A DNA stretch of 64,000 bases from Anthoceros angustus (taxonomy: Eukaryota; Plantae; Anthocerotophyta): positions 1,265,478 through 1,329,477 of the forward strand of contig MU008158.1 in the NCBI GenBank assembly GCA_010909165.1. Reading direction: 5' to 3'. Positions 12,517 through 24,615 of the stretch are shown here, piece after piece. The stretch's first letter is position 1. Every line of letters starts with the position of its first letter. Under the pieces are notes generated by a model that ran no database searches, was not told the DNA's origin, and was given only the letters and a program-made list of their open reading frames with translations. The translations under genes were made by a program, and so were the position numbers.

Positions 12517-15500
12517 CTGTATATGATGTTGCTGGCCAGTCTGAGAATAGTATGTAGATGCATATGACTGGTGCCCCTGTTGCCCGCCATGGTGCTGCGG
12601 CTGCTGCTGCAGTGTTCACAAACACAGTCGTCAGAATAGTTGGTTCTCTTTCAAAGCACCAGACCATGAAAATGAAACCAAGGACAGTCCCCAGATATCC
12701 AGGCCTCCCAGCTAAATAAGCCGGATGAACACAAGAGGTAGAACAGAGGATTGCTCTAAAGCTATTCCGAGGCACATCCATTGTGACTGCGACAGGCAGT
12801 ACCTGCTGCGGGACTGGTATCGAGGATTGCTGTCCAGTTTGCTGGTATGCCTGTTGGTAAGGATACTGCACATCTTGATAATAGTTCTGCCCTGACTGCT
12901 GCCAACCACAGTACAGATCAAGCTCTCAAACTATGTTCAGGAAGCTGAGTTCCCTGCCTGTCCTTACAGAAAGTACTGAAAGAGACGACATTCAACTCCA
13001 TTGATATTCCAGCGTACAATGTTTACTGGTGCTATCTGGGAATGTTGTACACCTTCCTGCAATCTCCTGAACTGTTGAAGAAGTCCATCAAAGACAATTT
13101 CAATGCAATTGTGAGAAAATTGTCAACAACCATAGAATCAATGAATGCCATTGCTTTGCAATCACACAGACCTCTGCCCTTGCTTTGGCTTCTTCCTCAC
13201 GAGCCTTTGCTTGTGCAGTGGCCACCTGCTTGAAAGAGAAGCAGAATCAGCACTTGAAGGATGTGCTGCAGTTGATATGACGCACACAGGAGCAATTAGT
13301 ACTAACCTGGGCTATCGCTGCAGATGGAATGGGTACCGGTCCTGAAAGACAGAAATACTGAGGTCAGTTGACATCTTTTTGAGCTAACCATGACGAACAA
13401 AACCACATGCATAAACTCACCCAGCAGAAGCCCCGGGCCACGCCCCATCATTCCAGCAATGGACCCTGGTCCTAGCATGCCCGCTCCTCCACTCAACAAT
13501 GGACTAACGAGACCACGGCCAATCATACCTGGTCCAACCGGTGCCCCTCCTCCAAATTGCTGAAGCAAGAGACAGCAAAAATGTTACCAACACTTCTAAT
13601 GTGTGACAATACTAGTTCTATTACAAGCCAATAAGTGCAAACCAGTAACACATCGCACAAAAAACTCATTGCAGTAGGCATTACCATGCCTAATCCCATC
13701 CCAAGCATGCATGGTCGTGCACCAAGAAAACGAGGAGCCAGGAGTGGCATTGCCATATGCCCTCGAATGGCAGCACCCATCATTGCAGGCACAACTGGTA
13801 AAGGGAAAGAATTGAGAGTTAAAACCATCAGATTCCCAAAGCAGTGACGGCACAACTACCCTGTGACAACAAGACATGAAGACAGAGACCAACAAAGATC
13901 AACAAAAGCATCATGATATTCCAACCAGCGAAGCCCTTGTGGACCTACCAGGGAAGCCCCTGCCAGAAACTCCAGCAGTGAGACCTTGATTGCCAAAGCG
14001 TGATTTATATGACTGAAGCACAATAAACCAAACCAAATAAATGATACCGAAAGCAAGCAATCTGCTTTCAGAAAAAAAATGGGAAGCCACATCCTTTACC
14101 ATACCTGAGCTGACTTGGACGGATTTGCAAAGCTGACTCGTACATTGGAGCCCTCCACTTCTTTGCCATCTAAAGCTTCATGAGCTAGTTATCACATCAA
14201 AGAGAAAAACCAATGCATTTCACTGTTAAGTCGACATGTTCCCTGAACATGCTCATTCCCTCGTTTGTGAACCTGACTGACGGCAACATAACTTGATGTG
14301 ACATGATAAGACAGGATATTACACCTTTATCAGCATAAGTAGAATGATTGAAGTCAATAAATGCAAAGCCACGGAACTGTTGACTCATACCAATTGCCAG
14401 ATGGCAATCGCGCACCCTTCCAAACTCCCCGAACAGAGTTCTCAGGATGTCCTCTATCTGCACAGGACAGGAATCTGGTGTTACCATTCTAGACTTAAGT
14501 TAGATGTGCCAACAATGTTGCAACTTCCTTTATTTCGGTGTCCCTTGCAAATAAAAGAGAAAACAAGTACTTACATTTGGGCACTCCTTTGCGATTCGAT
14601 CCACAAACAGAACAGTTGAAAACATGTCGGCGACTTTCCTACAGTCTGACCATTCCACACGAAGAACTCGGCCATCCATGTCAATGTTCCCCATTACTTG
14701 CTTCGCTGCAGTTGCCTGTGAGCTCTATTGCCATTGTCAGCTACTCTAAAAATAGAGGGGCCCCTATTGTCTACAGACTGGCTGCTAATCAAGCTACAAT
14801 GACCTCACCTGTGATTTAAGGCTGTACTCCACAAAGCCATATCCCTTACTTCGTCCCTCCTGATTTCGCAAAACCTGCAAAGACCTGAGGCGTAAGCTAA
14901 CTACTCTTGGCAGCAACAGAACTAAGGATTCCACAAAACTGGGGACAAAGGCCACAAAAGTAAGAAATTACACCACAAAAACTCACAAAAGCTCGTTCAA
15001 TCTTTCCATGTGGTTCAAACATTTTGCGTAGAGACTCATCGTCTATCTCTGGTGTCAAGTTCCCAATGAACAAGAGAGAATCCGGACGGAATGCTTCCAC
15101 CACAAGTGTCCTGTCTTTAAATCGAGTGTTGTTAAGAGCCTCCCGGAGAGTTGTGACTACTTCATCTGCCTCCTCAGGAGCAATTTCACAACGGACAATG
15201 ATAGCGTCTCTCTTCTCATTTTCAAACACCATGCTAGCAACTGGTACATATTGGTTTATGAATGGAAGCAGCTCCTGCACGTTGCAACAACTTTAGATTA
15301 TGCTTATCAAATCAGTGACATCTGGTGCTGTTTCACAACGACCAGGCAGGAAAGACACAAAACCATCACACGCTCATCCAGTCTTGGTTTCAGGAATGTT
15401 GTGGCAACAACATAGCACGGCTGAATCAGGCCTTAATGGCACCCCTGAGACCCTTGATCTACTTGATTACATTCAACCTGATGCTACCTATTTTATTCAA

Positions 15501-18098
15501 TATAATTGGCTTCCCATCCTCACACATTTGATCTTCCTCATCTTTACGCAGAAAAAAGAATCCCCACAAGTCACAACCTTGCCAGGAGACCATCAACGAC
15601 ATTACCGGTTTTCAGAGCTTTGCCCTGATGCACCGATTTCTCTCCCTACCTTTCCTTTCCCTCCCCCTCCCACCAGTCAGGCCCTCCAACCTCACATGTT
15701 CTCTTTGCTCATCTCTTCCCATTCGACATGATGTTTATCCATTCACAAAATCCTGATACTACAAAACAACCGTATCTGCTTGGGACCAACATGCCAACTT
15801 AGAGGCTGTCACCTGAAAATAGAAGGACCGATGGGTTTAAGACAAAGGTGACAAACTTGATAGAAAATGGGAATCGAGAAATCATTCGGCCTCTCCGATT
15901 TCTTAGCCCAAAACATCCATCACTCTGTCAGATTGTTGTGAGACATACCCAACATATGCCCTCTTTTCAGTTCAACCCTCCTCAGAAATACTTTACAGGG
16001 ACGCAAGCGCGCAGATGAGAATTTGTGAGAATTTGATTCGACAATCCGACCTCAAATCAATCATGAAAGCAAGCAACAGACCAAGTATTTCCTTTGAAAA
16101 ATTCAGGACAAAGTCTCTCTTCAGCATGTCTGTATAGTCACAGAAACGTGCTGGAGGACAGGGGTAGAATGCCTCTGAAAACGAATCCAGTTTCGTATGT
16201 CAGCATGCTCGTACCTCTTGCGTTACAGATCCTCCGAGACCGGAAATATGAACGCAAGGCTTCGGGTGCCAATGTAGAGGAATGGACACGGTTTCAGATT
16301 CTGGAGGAGTAAGTGTCTCTTCTTCATTTCCCTCTGTAACTGCTGCATCCCCTGTGGCTGAAAGACTCTCCTGGTGCTCTTGCAGGACGTTGTGGACTTG
16401 TTGATCCGGTTCCCAAGTTCTCTGAACCGTCTCCTCTGGTTTCTCAGCAAGTTCGTCCATATCTGTACAGTTATCCTCATTCTCAACCACCGTGTTAGTG
16501 CTTGACTCTTGCTCAGGCTCCCTTCCTGGGACCTGAGCGACTGGAACCTGGGAATCCGCAGATAAACCAGTTTCAGGCTCCCTCGCCGAAAATGTATCGC
16601 CCACGTGTTCTAAGTCTGGAGCTCGCTCGGCTTCCGCAGCCTGCCCTGCATTGTCTCCTGATTCCCTTTCTGCTTGAGATTCCGTTACTTGTACAGTTGA
16701 CACTCCGTGCTCTGCATGGGCTGCGTCTCGGTCTCCGTTGTCCAAATCCTGGCGGCACGGCCGCACCGAAGTTCCTTCTTGCTCATTCGGCAACGGGTCC
16801 TCCAGCCTGGCTATGTCAACTTCTGTGCTAGCCAGTGCTCCCACAATATCCACCTCTATGCCTTCTGGCTGCTCTCGCATAGCCACGTCGTCTTGGCCAA
16901 GGCAAACAGCAATGGTCGCCTCATCAAGCTCCGCTCTCGACGTTTCCCCCACAATGTCTACCTCTATCTCTACCCCTTCTGGCTCTCGTTGATCTCCCAG
17001 AGCGCGCCCTTCCCCGCTAAGACAAAATTGAGGAGCGCTCGCATCGTCAATCTCTGTTCTTTCAAATTCCTCTGCCGCCTCCCCTTCCACCTCCTCACGC
17101 TGCTCTTCCAGCTGCCGCTCCTCTCGAGTAAGACATAAATCAGCAGGGGTGGCCTCGTCGATTTCTGGCATTGGCAGGTCCTCTACCTTCACCTCTTCCG
17201 AGAAAGCTCCCCCGTCACAAATTACACGATCGGTCGCCTCGACAATTTCTTCCGTCTTTGCATGTCCCTCTACTTCCAACTCTTCTAGGAGAGCTACACC
17301 GTGAAAAAAAGCACGATCGGTCGCCTCGTCAATTTCTTCCGTCATCACGTCCTGTAAGAGAGCGCCGCCGTGAAGAAATGCACGATCGGTGGCCTCGTCA
17401 ATTTCTGTCATTGCCAGTTCCACCACATGCACCTCTTCCGAGAGAGCTCCAACCTGACAACGTACAAAACCGGCCGCCCCTTCAACCTGGTTCATGCCCG
17501 CGTCCTCTACCATGTCCAACTCGGGCTCTTCCTCTTCTTCTCTCGGATCCTGCTCCAACCCGCTGTGACAAAACTGCTGTTGAGAGCTGACCTCGTCGAC
17601 CTCAGCGTGCTCTCCCAAATCCGGCTCCTCCCTGCTGGGACACAATTCGGGGGAGCTGGCTTCGTCAACTTCGGTCCTGGCCAGCTCCTCCTCCGTAGAG
17701 TCCACTTCCATCTCTCCTGGAACACGCTCTTGCTCGTCAGCCTCGGTCTTTTCCACCGAGTGCACCTCCGCCTGGTCCTCTCCCAGCTCCTCCTTCCCGC
17801 CGCTACAAAAATCGAAGGCGCTCGCGTCCACCTCCACCTCCACTGCCTGCTCGGCGTCACAAAAATCAGAAGCCACGGCCACGGCCACGGCGTCCCCCTG
17901 CCCGCTGTGACAAGAATTGCAGTCCAGGACGTCCATCTTTTCTCCCTCCTCTTGGCTGGCAGCAACGGATTCCTCAATCACGTCCTGCGCATGCGCAACC
18001 CGCACCTCCAGGCCCAGTTCTTCCGCAACCTCCACCTCCACCATTTCCTCTCCCTCCCCGGCCCGCGCGTCCTGCGCCTCAAGGCGCTGGCCAGCCAT
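10644..18098 (-). CDS. Raver1/2-like triple-RRM RNA-binding protein with a long acidic N-terminal extension and a Gly/Met- then Gln/Tyr-rich low-complexity tail
   Basis: Exon 1 (18098-16215, ending VHISGLGGSVTQE) splices to 15274-14987 (ELLPFINQY...DSLLFIGNLTPEIDDESLRKMFEPHGKIERAF). Further exons: 14874-14809 (RSKGYGFVEY), 14715-14575 (STVLFVDRI), 14457-14325 (FRGFAFIDF), 14185-14105 (VRVSFANP), then several small exons. The last exon ends YEYSKRPRY* at 10644. Confidence 0.85.
11780..12520. repeat. CAG/CAA microsatellite tracts encoding poly-Gln in the RRM gene
   Basis: (gct/gtt)n runs at ~11810-11920 and ~12465-12520; the minus frame reads QQQQ. Confidence 0.85.
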
Positions 18099-18875
18099 CC
18101 AGCCCCGCAGCCCCCAAAGGAGCCCCTTCTTGGCCGCAGCCTGGGCCAAGAACGGCACAGCAGGCTGTGCGGAAGTAGCCAGCGTTACCCTAACGCTCCC
18201 GGCGTCCGGCCATGGGCGCCAATTCCACCACCAGCTCCGCTCCCCGCGCTCTGCTGGGCCGGCCCCCGCCTCCCATCCTCCCAGCTCCGCTCCCTCTCAG
18301 CTCCAGCATCACCAAAAGCCAAGCCCCTCAAATTTCCTCCACCACACCCACCAGCTTCCACCGCCCAGAGCATGCGCAGCAGCGCAAACACAAAGATCGA
18401 AATTCCCCTGGCACCGATGTGTGCATGCAACGCTCTTCCACAATTGCACAAGCACGCAGTCAGGCCGCTCCCAATCTGAGCCGCAACCCAACGCAAGGCA
18501 TGCGCGCGGAATCGGGTGGTGCACACACAGCAGTCTTGTCCCTGCTCTGTGCGCTTCGCGCTTCCTCGTCGTCAGGCGTTGGTGCCAAATTGGCACTGCA
18601 CTTGGCCGCTGCTGTGGGCCGCGTCCTTCGCGCTCGCGCTATACACTACGAAAAAGGCCGTTATACGCCCACGAAATCAACCCTTCACGATCGCCCACGC
18701 GACGGCACTCCATAACCATAACCGTTGCCCATGCTTCCCTTCATCATCGCTCTCGGATTTCACATTACCACATGCATCACGCCAGGCAAAGCATCATAAG
18801 ACGCACATGCATGATCCAATCCAAGACACTTCCAGTTACATACATACATATGGACATGTATTATTATTATTACAC

Positions 18876-19403
18876 GGACACTAATCTGGTATCCGGTGGG
18901 TCCAGGGATGCCACGCCCGGAGAGCAGGAGAGCAATGAGCAATGAGCAATGCGGGCGCAGGAGCGGGTCGTGAAGCAGGAGGCTTGAGCCGCCATGCGGG
19001 CGGGGGCCCGCTGGAACGTGTAAACCCATACTGAACCTCATAAGGTCTGCTAATAACTGTGAGCGAACTGAGTCATTTCAGTGGACTGAACTCCTCCGTT
19101 GTACAAGAGAGCAAGTCCCAGCAGTTCACTGGAGTGGATGTGGTAGAGGCCTATCTTCCGCCACCGATGCCGTGCCCTCAAGCAGCTCCTTCACCACTGC
19201 AACCATGTGCCTGCGTTCAAGTCCCGTTTCTTCAGGGTGCTCTCGAGACTCGGATACAACTCAAGAAAACGTTCCAGCTAAGGATGAGGAAGCTACCCTT
19301 CCTGGACAAATCCTTGGAAGGAATCGGAGTCCATAGTTTCTGAGAACACCACAACAAATGCCTGGGGATGACCTTCTTCTGCCCACGCTGATATCGAACA
19401 GTG
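18876..19403 (-). pseudogene. Chimeric duplicated fragment: PORR gene 1 3' end joined to an internal intron-containing piece of the GT32 gene
   Basis: 18876-18992 aligns with ~27992-28100 (atccggtgggtccagggatgcca...gagcgggtcgtgaagcaggaggcttgagccgc). 19026-19403 aligns with ~30294-30715 (gaacctcataaggtctgctaataactgtgagc...gcccacgctgatatc), with indels and the introns retained. Confidence 0.85.
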
Positions 19404-19751
19404 CCTGGATCGGATTGATTCTGGGAGACAACATAGGTCAGGAAATTGGAGCTGGATGCGGGGGCGGAATACGCAATTGCTCTGTGCACAGGGAGCGTCA
19501 GGGCCCGACGCGAACGGAAGTGAAGATGAGGCCCAGGACCAGGGTCTCCATCCTCGGCGCTCGCTTCCGCACTTGCACCTGCCCTCTTCAAAGTTGGAAA
19601 ATGGGCGAGGAAGAAAGGAGGGAGCGTCCCGGGAGGGAGGGGAAGGGCGTGCTCGCGTTCTCCACCGGAGGTTCAGGCGAAAGCACAGTGTGTAGTCGTA
19701 TCGCATAGCGCAAGTAAGAAGCACTTGCCCGCAATTCCCTAGCTTTACATC

Positions 19752-20401
19752 GGGCCATGGCTAACGCGGTCGGGTCGGCCCGGCGTTTCCAGCTTCAGGG
19801 GGTGCAATATGACAGAATGTATAGATTCATAGCTACGTTGGGCTACTCTCTATAATTGCCTAGAAGAGAACAGTCTATTATAGTCCTCTTGGACGGAATT
19901 TTTTTGGGGACTTGGGTATTTAACAACTTGCACCATGGTGTGCCCAAGTTACTTGCACCATGGTGTGCCCAAGTTACTTGCACCATGGGCATCACTTCCT
20001 CCAGGCACCCTACCTAAGTATCTATCTAAGCGCAGGATGCTTAATAATGATATTGGTATAAATATTTGTTCATTTAACCTAAGCCATTTAGACATACATT
20101 TAAAATTCCTTGGTCCGGGGTTTTTAAATTTTTGGGATGCAATACCGGAGGATCTCTAGATCCGTGCCCAAGTACATACTGGGCATATATGGAAGACACA
20201 CTAAAACAAGGCACCCGACAAATCAATGTAGACTATTCCACATTTCTAATGTAGACTATTCCACATTTCTATTGCAATGTCTGAGCCGTTCTAGACAATT
20301 AGAGAGTTAGCCCAACGCAGTCATGAATCTATAAATTTTGTCATATTACACCTTCTAAATTTGGAAACGATGGGCCGACCCCATCTTGTTAGCCATGGCC
20401 C
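19752..20401. mobile_element. Non-autonomous element with ~113-bp imperfect terminal inverted repeats (MULE/MITE-like) containing a LINE 3' fragment
   Basis: 19752-19865 (gggccatggctaac...atagattcat...tagaa) is the reverse complement of 20289-20401. No TSD is recognisable. The internal 19862-20110 matches 47941-48160. Confidence 0.7.
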
Positions 20402-22519
20402 AACCACGGCAACCATGGCTTGACTCCATTGCGTGACATACTAAGGCCTAAGCCATTTTTCGGCCTTTTTGGATGAATTAATAAAAAAAATAGAATGGCT
20501 CCGGTCTCAATTCCACAATTGGCAGAGTATCATCTTCCACCTGCTGATCTCTATAGAAAACTTTTCATCTTCCACCTGCTGATCTCTGTAGAAAACTTTT
20601 CCGCTAGGCGTTGTGTGATGCTTCAAACATTGTTTTCCAAAGCACATGAGGCCACCAAAGCGAGAGGGCTAGGGGCAAATATCTCGTACGGTTAGGGAAG
20701 ACGACAAATCTAATTCTTGAGCAAAATTTATCACCTAATCATGGTACCATCATGTACATTCTCAGCAAAAATGGGCCTTATCAAAACGCTCGGGCATGAT
20801 TACATGAATTTTCAAAGCTTCAAATGAGCCCTCCAAATTAACCAAAGGTTACGCCAAGCTCCAAGCCCACAGTTCTCATGTCAAAGAACGGGAACTATCG
20901 GAGGGCCTCCTCTATCCTACCCTAGTATGGTCTGCAACCGATGTGCACACCAGCCATTGAGAATCCGCATGCACCGACTACAACAGCCGACCCCCCAGTG
21001 GTGATGGAGGGAGGGCAATGAATGCCTCCGCATGCTGCACAAATGTATGAGGAGGCAGGAAAAGGGAAGAAAGAGGAAGGAAGTTGGACCACCGGTGATG
21101 ATGAAAACAAAATAAGGTGATACAAAAGCCACGCGTCGTTTAATGCTGGACTTACCTTATGTGAAATGGTGACCATTCAGGGAATGTGTGCACCAATCCA
21201 GAACAAAGCAATTACCTAAGTATCGATAGGCGGGGTGAGCTTTAGCGGGCTAGTGAAGGCAAGAGAGCGACACGAGAGGATGGTCTAAAACGCCGTCGCG
21301 ACGATGTACACCCCTCAGCCAAGCATAAACCACCATGGCTCTAAGGAATCTCGATGAATCTTACCTTTGAGGTGCCCGGAAGGCATGAAGAAGATGTCCT
21401 CTAAAAACGTTGTGCACGTGTGAGAGCACCATCCGAAAGTCTGCTCATAGGTGTAAGGGCTAAAATTGGAGTAGAAGTAGTTTCAAGAGTGAAACGTAAC
21501 CTAAACGTTTCATTTTGAGTCACTGATGCTTTCTACGGTTAACACTCGCCTAACTCACAACCTAATTCATTTCATTAACTAGAGTAGACCCTTTTTTGTA
21601 TGGGAATGCAAGTGTTGTGCTTTGAAAACCCGACAAGCTAATTTTTTTTAATCCTTTCTCTTATATTTGAATACCTGAAATGCAATAGTTTGAAAACCTT
21701 ACAACCTAATTCATTTTATTCACCGGCAAATCCTTCTTATATTTGAATATTACAACTGTACATAAGTTTTCAAAAATAATTTATAAAATTGGGGTTAAAT
21801 TACTCAGGATGATTTCCTTTCACAACTAATGTATACATCCTAATTTTGTCCCATAACAGTTATCCATTATCATCGACTTGTTTATGTTTATTTTCTTCTT
21901 CCCCAGTGCGCTAGCCAATTCTGATACTATGTGACAAGAAGTCAATTGGTAAAGTCTGAAAAGGTATCGAACAAGAAGAGAAACCATTAGCCTATCACTT
22001 ATTTTATAGTTATTTTACACATTCATTTTGATGATCTTGTGCTTAGCAAAGATGGCTAGTGTGGGCCAATAGGTGGAACATCTAGACAAAGAAATTGTTG
22101 CCCGAGTGACAGAGGTCAGGATTGCCGTAACAAGATTGGTTCAACGCCACATACCAATAGCAAAAAAACAACCTAAAAGAGGTATGACAACAGGCATTGA
22201 AGAGCGAAAATCGTTGAAAGCTAAGTTGTCCGGCCCAAGTGCGTGATGTATTTGTAGACTTTAAAGTATTTGGTAGAAGTACATGACATACGTACCACAA
22301 TGTCTCACATTCGTGAGGACCTATCCGACCCAGTGCTCAGCTGAACAGCCATGTGTTGCCAAAAGTCGCAGTAGTTTGTGATTTTGTTTTGACGAAAGTG
22401 GAGGATGACACGGGAAAAGTAGAAGTCCGAGCAGCTCCAAGCTCTTTTGGAGAGAAAAAGAAAAGGAGAGCTGCAACTCCAAGCTCTATTTGATACTATG
22501 CAAGAGTAGAAGGACAAAT

Positions 22520-24615
22520 TAGCCGTAACTTTAAGCAGTATGAAATCTTACTCTAGCTCTTTTCGATGACATACGGAGACATAACAAACCCAAAGAGCCA
22601 CCTTCTCTCGCTTGCTTGTCCGACACTTAGTAAGATGATTATTATTAAACTACCCTGGACTGGGGACACTTGACCGCTACTTCAAGGACACTATTGATGT
22701 TGTGGTAGTTGACCGCTCAACAACCAGGAACATCTAACCAGCAATAAATAAGAGAATCTAATATTCCGACGTGATTTAGGCACAAGCTTGTTTGTTGCTA
22801 GCCCACACACATTCTTCTAAGACAAGGCCAGCAATGATAAATTACAAATTAGTCTGCAATGTCCGTATTGTTTTACTCTTGGGAGTCTCACTTTTAATTA
22901 GGTTGTGGAATGCTGCCGCTAGTTATAGACCTTTATGATTAATAGTGGGTAGACGATGCCACAATTATCCAGCACGTTTTTGCATCACAAGAATGGGCCG
23001 TAAGTTTCATCGAGAATCTTCTGGTTGGGCACATTGAAGCGAGCAAGGGTATTGAGGGCATTGAGCCGAACAAAACCAGCGTTGAATCTACTGTTGTTCG
23101 AATTTAAAAAAGGCACAAGATATTGGTTGCCAGCTTTGGAGCTCATGACTCTGTTTTGTTTGAAAAATAATTGGAGAGTCTTGAAGATTTTATGATTGCA
23201 AATGAGTTCACGCATATGAGAATTGACCTGATCGAGCTAGTAATCGTTTGGTTCCACTACTTGAGCCTTTGCCTATTCCCTCCACTTGGAGGCCAATGCC
23301 AACAAATATGTATTCCTGATGCTTCTCTGATGCTCCCAAGGCCGCTGACCCGCAGGTGCTCCTGAGTTGCAAGTGCATATGCAAGACTTGATTAGAGTCA
23401 AATTGCTTCGAATGATAATGAATTAAAAAGCAAGGTAGAAGTTATACACAATGGTAGCTTTGATATGAAAAGCGAATTTGTTGTAACTAAGAACCAACTT
23501 TTATAACTAATTCTAGCTCTATTAAAAAATAGTTAATTGAAATGAATTTAACTTAAATCTAAAGGTTAATAATTAATTGAAACATATTTAACTTAAAGCT
23601 AAGAGATAATAATTAATTAAAAAATATTTAACTAAACTAAAAGCTACTAATTCATTAAATGACTTCAAACTTAAAGACATGGATAATTAATTAATTAAAT
23701 AGTATTTGATTTAAAGCTAAGGATTCATGCAGAAATACGCACACCTACAAAGCCAATTCTAAAACGTCAAAAAACAAGGAAGGCCAAACGTTCAAAGACA
23801 AGGCGCCAAAAATCAACCCAAAAAACAGCAACAGAGGAAAACCTTTTTTGGGCACCACGCCCAAAAGAACATTGATGGTCTCTGTGGGATAAAATGCGCC
23901 GCTCATCATCATCAGATATCAGCTTAACGTTCTTTCGACATGAAACAATTTTAAGGTCCTTGCTGATTTTCATGGACGCGACCAGCATGGCCTGGGCCCC
24001 ATGAAATATTCCGTGAAACATGTTTATCACAGGTATGTCAGATCCAAGCCGGCTCTGTCCAGAATGCACTTTCTTGTTAAGATTCGATTGAACCCTCGAA
24101 AGAAGGACATCATCCTGCACAAATGATCAAAATCAGCAAGTTATATGAAAAACAAAACAAAAAGAAGGGTATATAACTTAGGTTTCTGGAGAGAATCTGG
24201 TGTTGTCTTTTAAACCCCACACTGGGTGGAAAAAGGGTATCAAAATAAGGTTCAAGTCCTTACGAGGGATGTCCTCTATTGCACTATCCCAACCCCTGAC
24301 ACCACTGACTTTCATGAAAGCCTTAAGACGACTCCGACACCAATTATTTTGGCATTTGGACTTGTCCTCACCACCACTCAAAGCATCATTAACATCACCC
24401 TCGGGGACAGAAGGGTCAAACCCCTGCTCTCTGATGTTAGCCTCATCGTCAATTTCTTCCATACCTATAGCAAAATCATCCTCAGGACCAGCACACCTCA
24501 ATCTCTCAAACAAATCAAGTACTTCCTGATCAGGTATCACTGCAGGGTCAGGAACCAGTACAGGCATAGAAAACTGACCAGCTTGTAAGGCATCTCGTTG
24601 TACAGCACCACACAC
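22520..24615 (-). mobile_element. Degenerate Crypton/DUF3504-type tyrosine-recombinase transposon relic
   Basis: Minus-strand fragments KSKCQNNWCRSRLKAFM..AIEDIPRKDLNLILIPFF..KDNTRFSPET / MMSFFRGFNRILT / IFHGAQAMLVASMK..ISDDDERRIL..GRGAQKRF / AGNQYLVPF follow the order of DUF3504-type YR proteins. Frameshifted and AT-eroded. Confidence 0.5.

Noticed and set aside
11605-12567. Poly-Leu and poly-Ala + strand ORFs
   Set aside because: They are antisense readings of the poly-Gln microsatellites.
15300-15750. Extra exons inside the first intron of the RRM gene
   Set aside because: Exon 1 joins 15274 in phase and completes RRM1; extra exons would disrupt the domain.
17370-18945. Long + strand ORFs (369 and 342 aa)
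   Set aside because: They are stop-poor antisense frames of a GC-rich, Glu-rich exon and its promoter.
20700-21450. Possible spliced pseudogene on the minus strand
   Set aside because: Splice-like signals are present but there is no sustained ORF or recognisable family.
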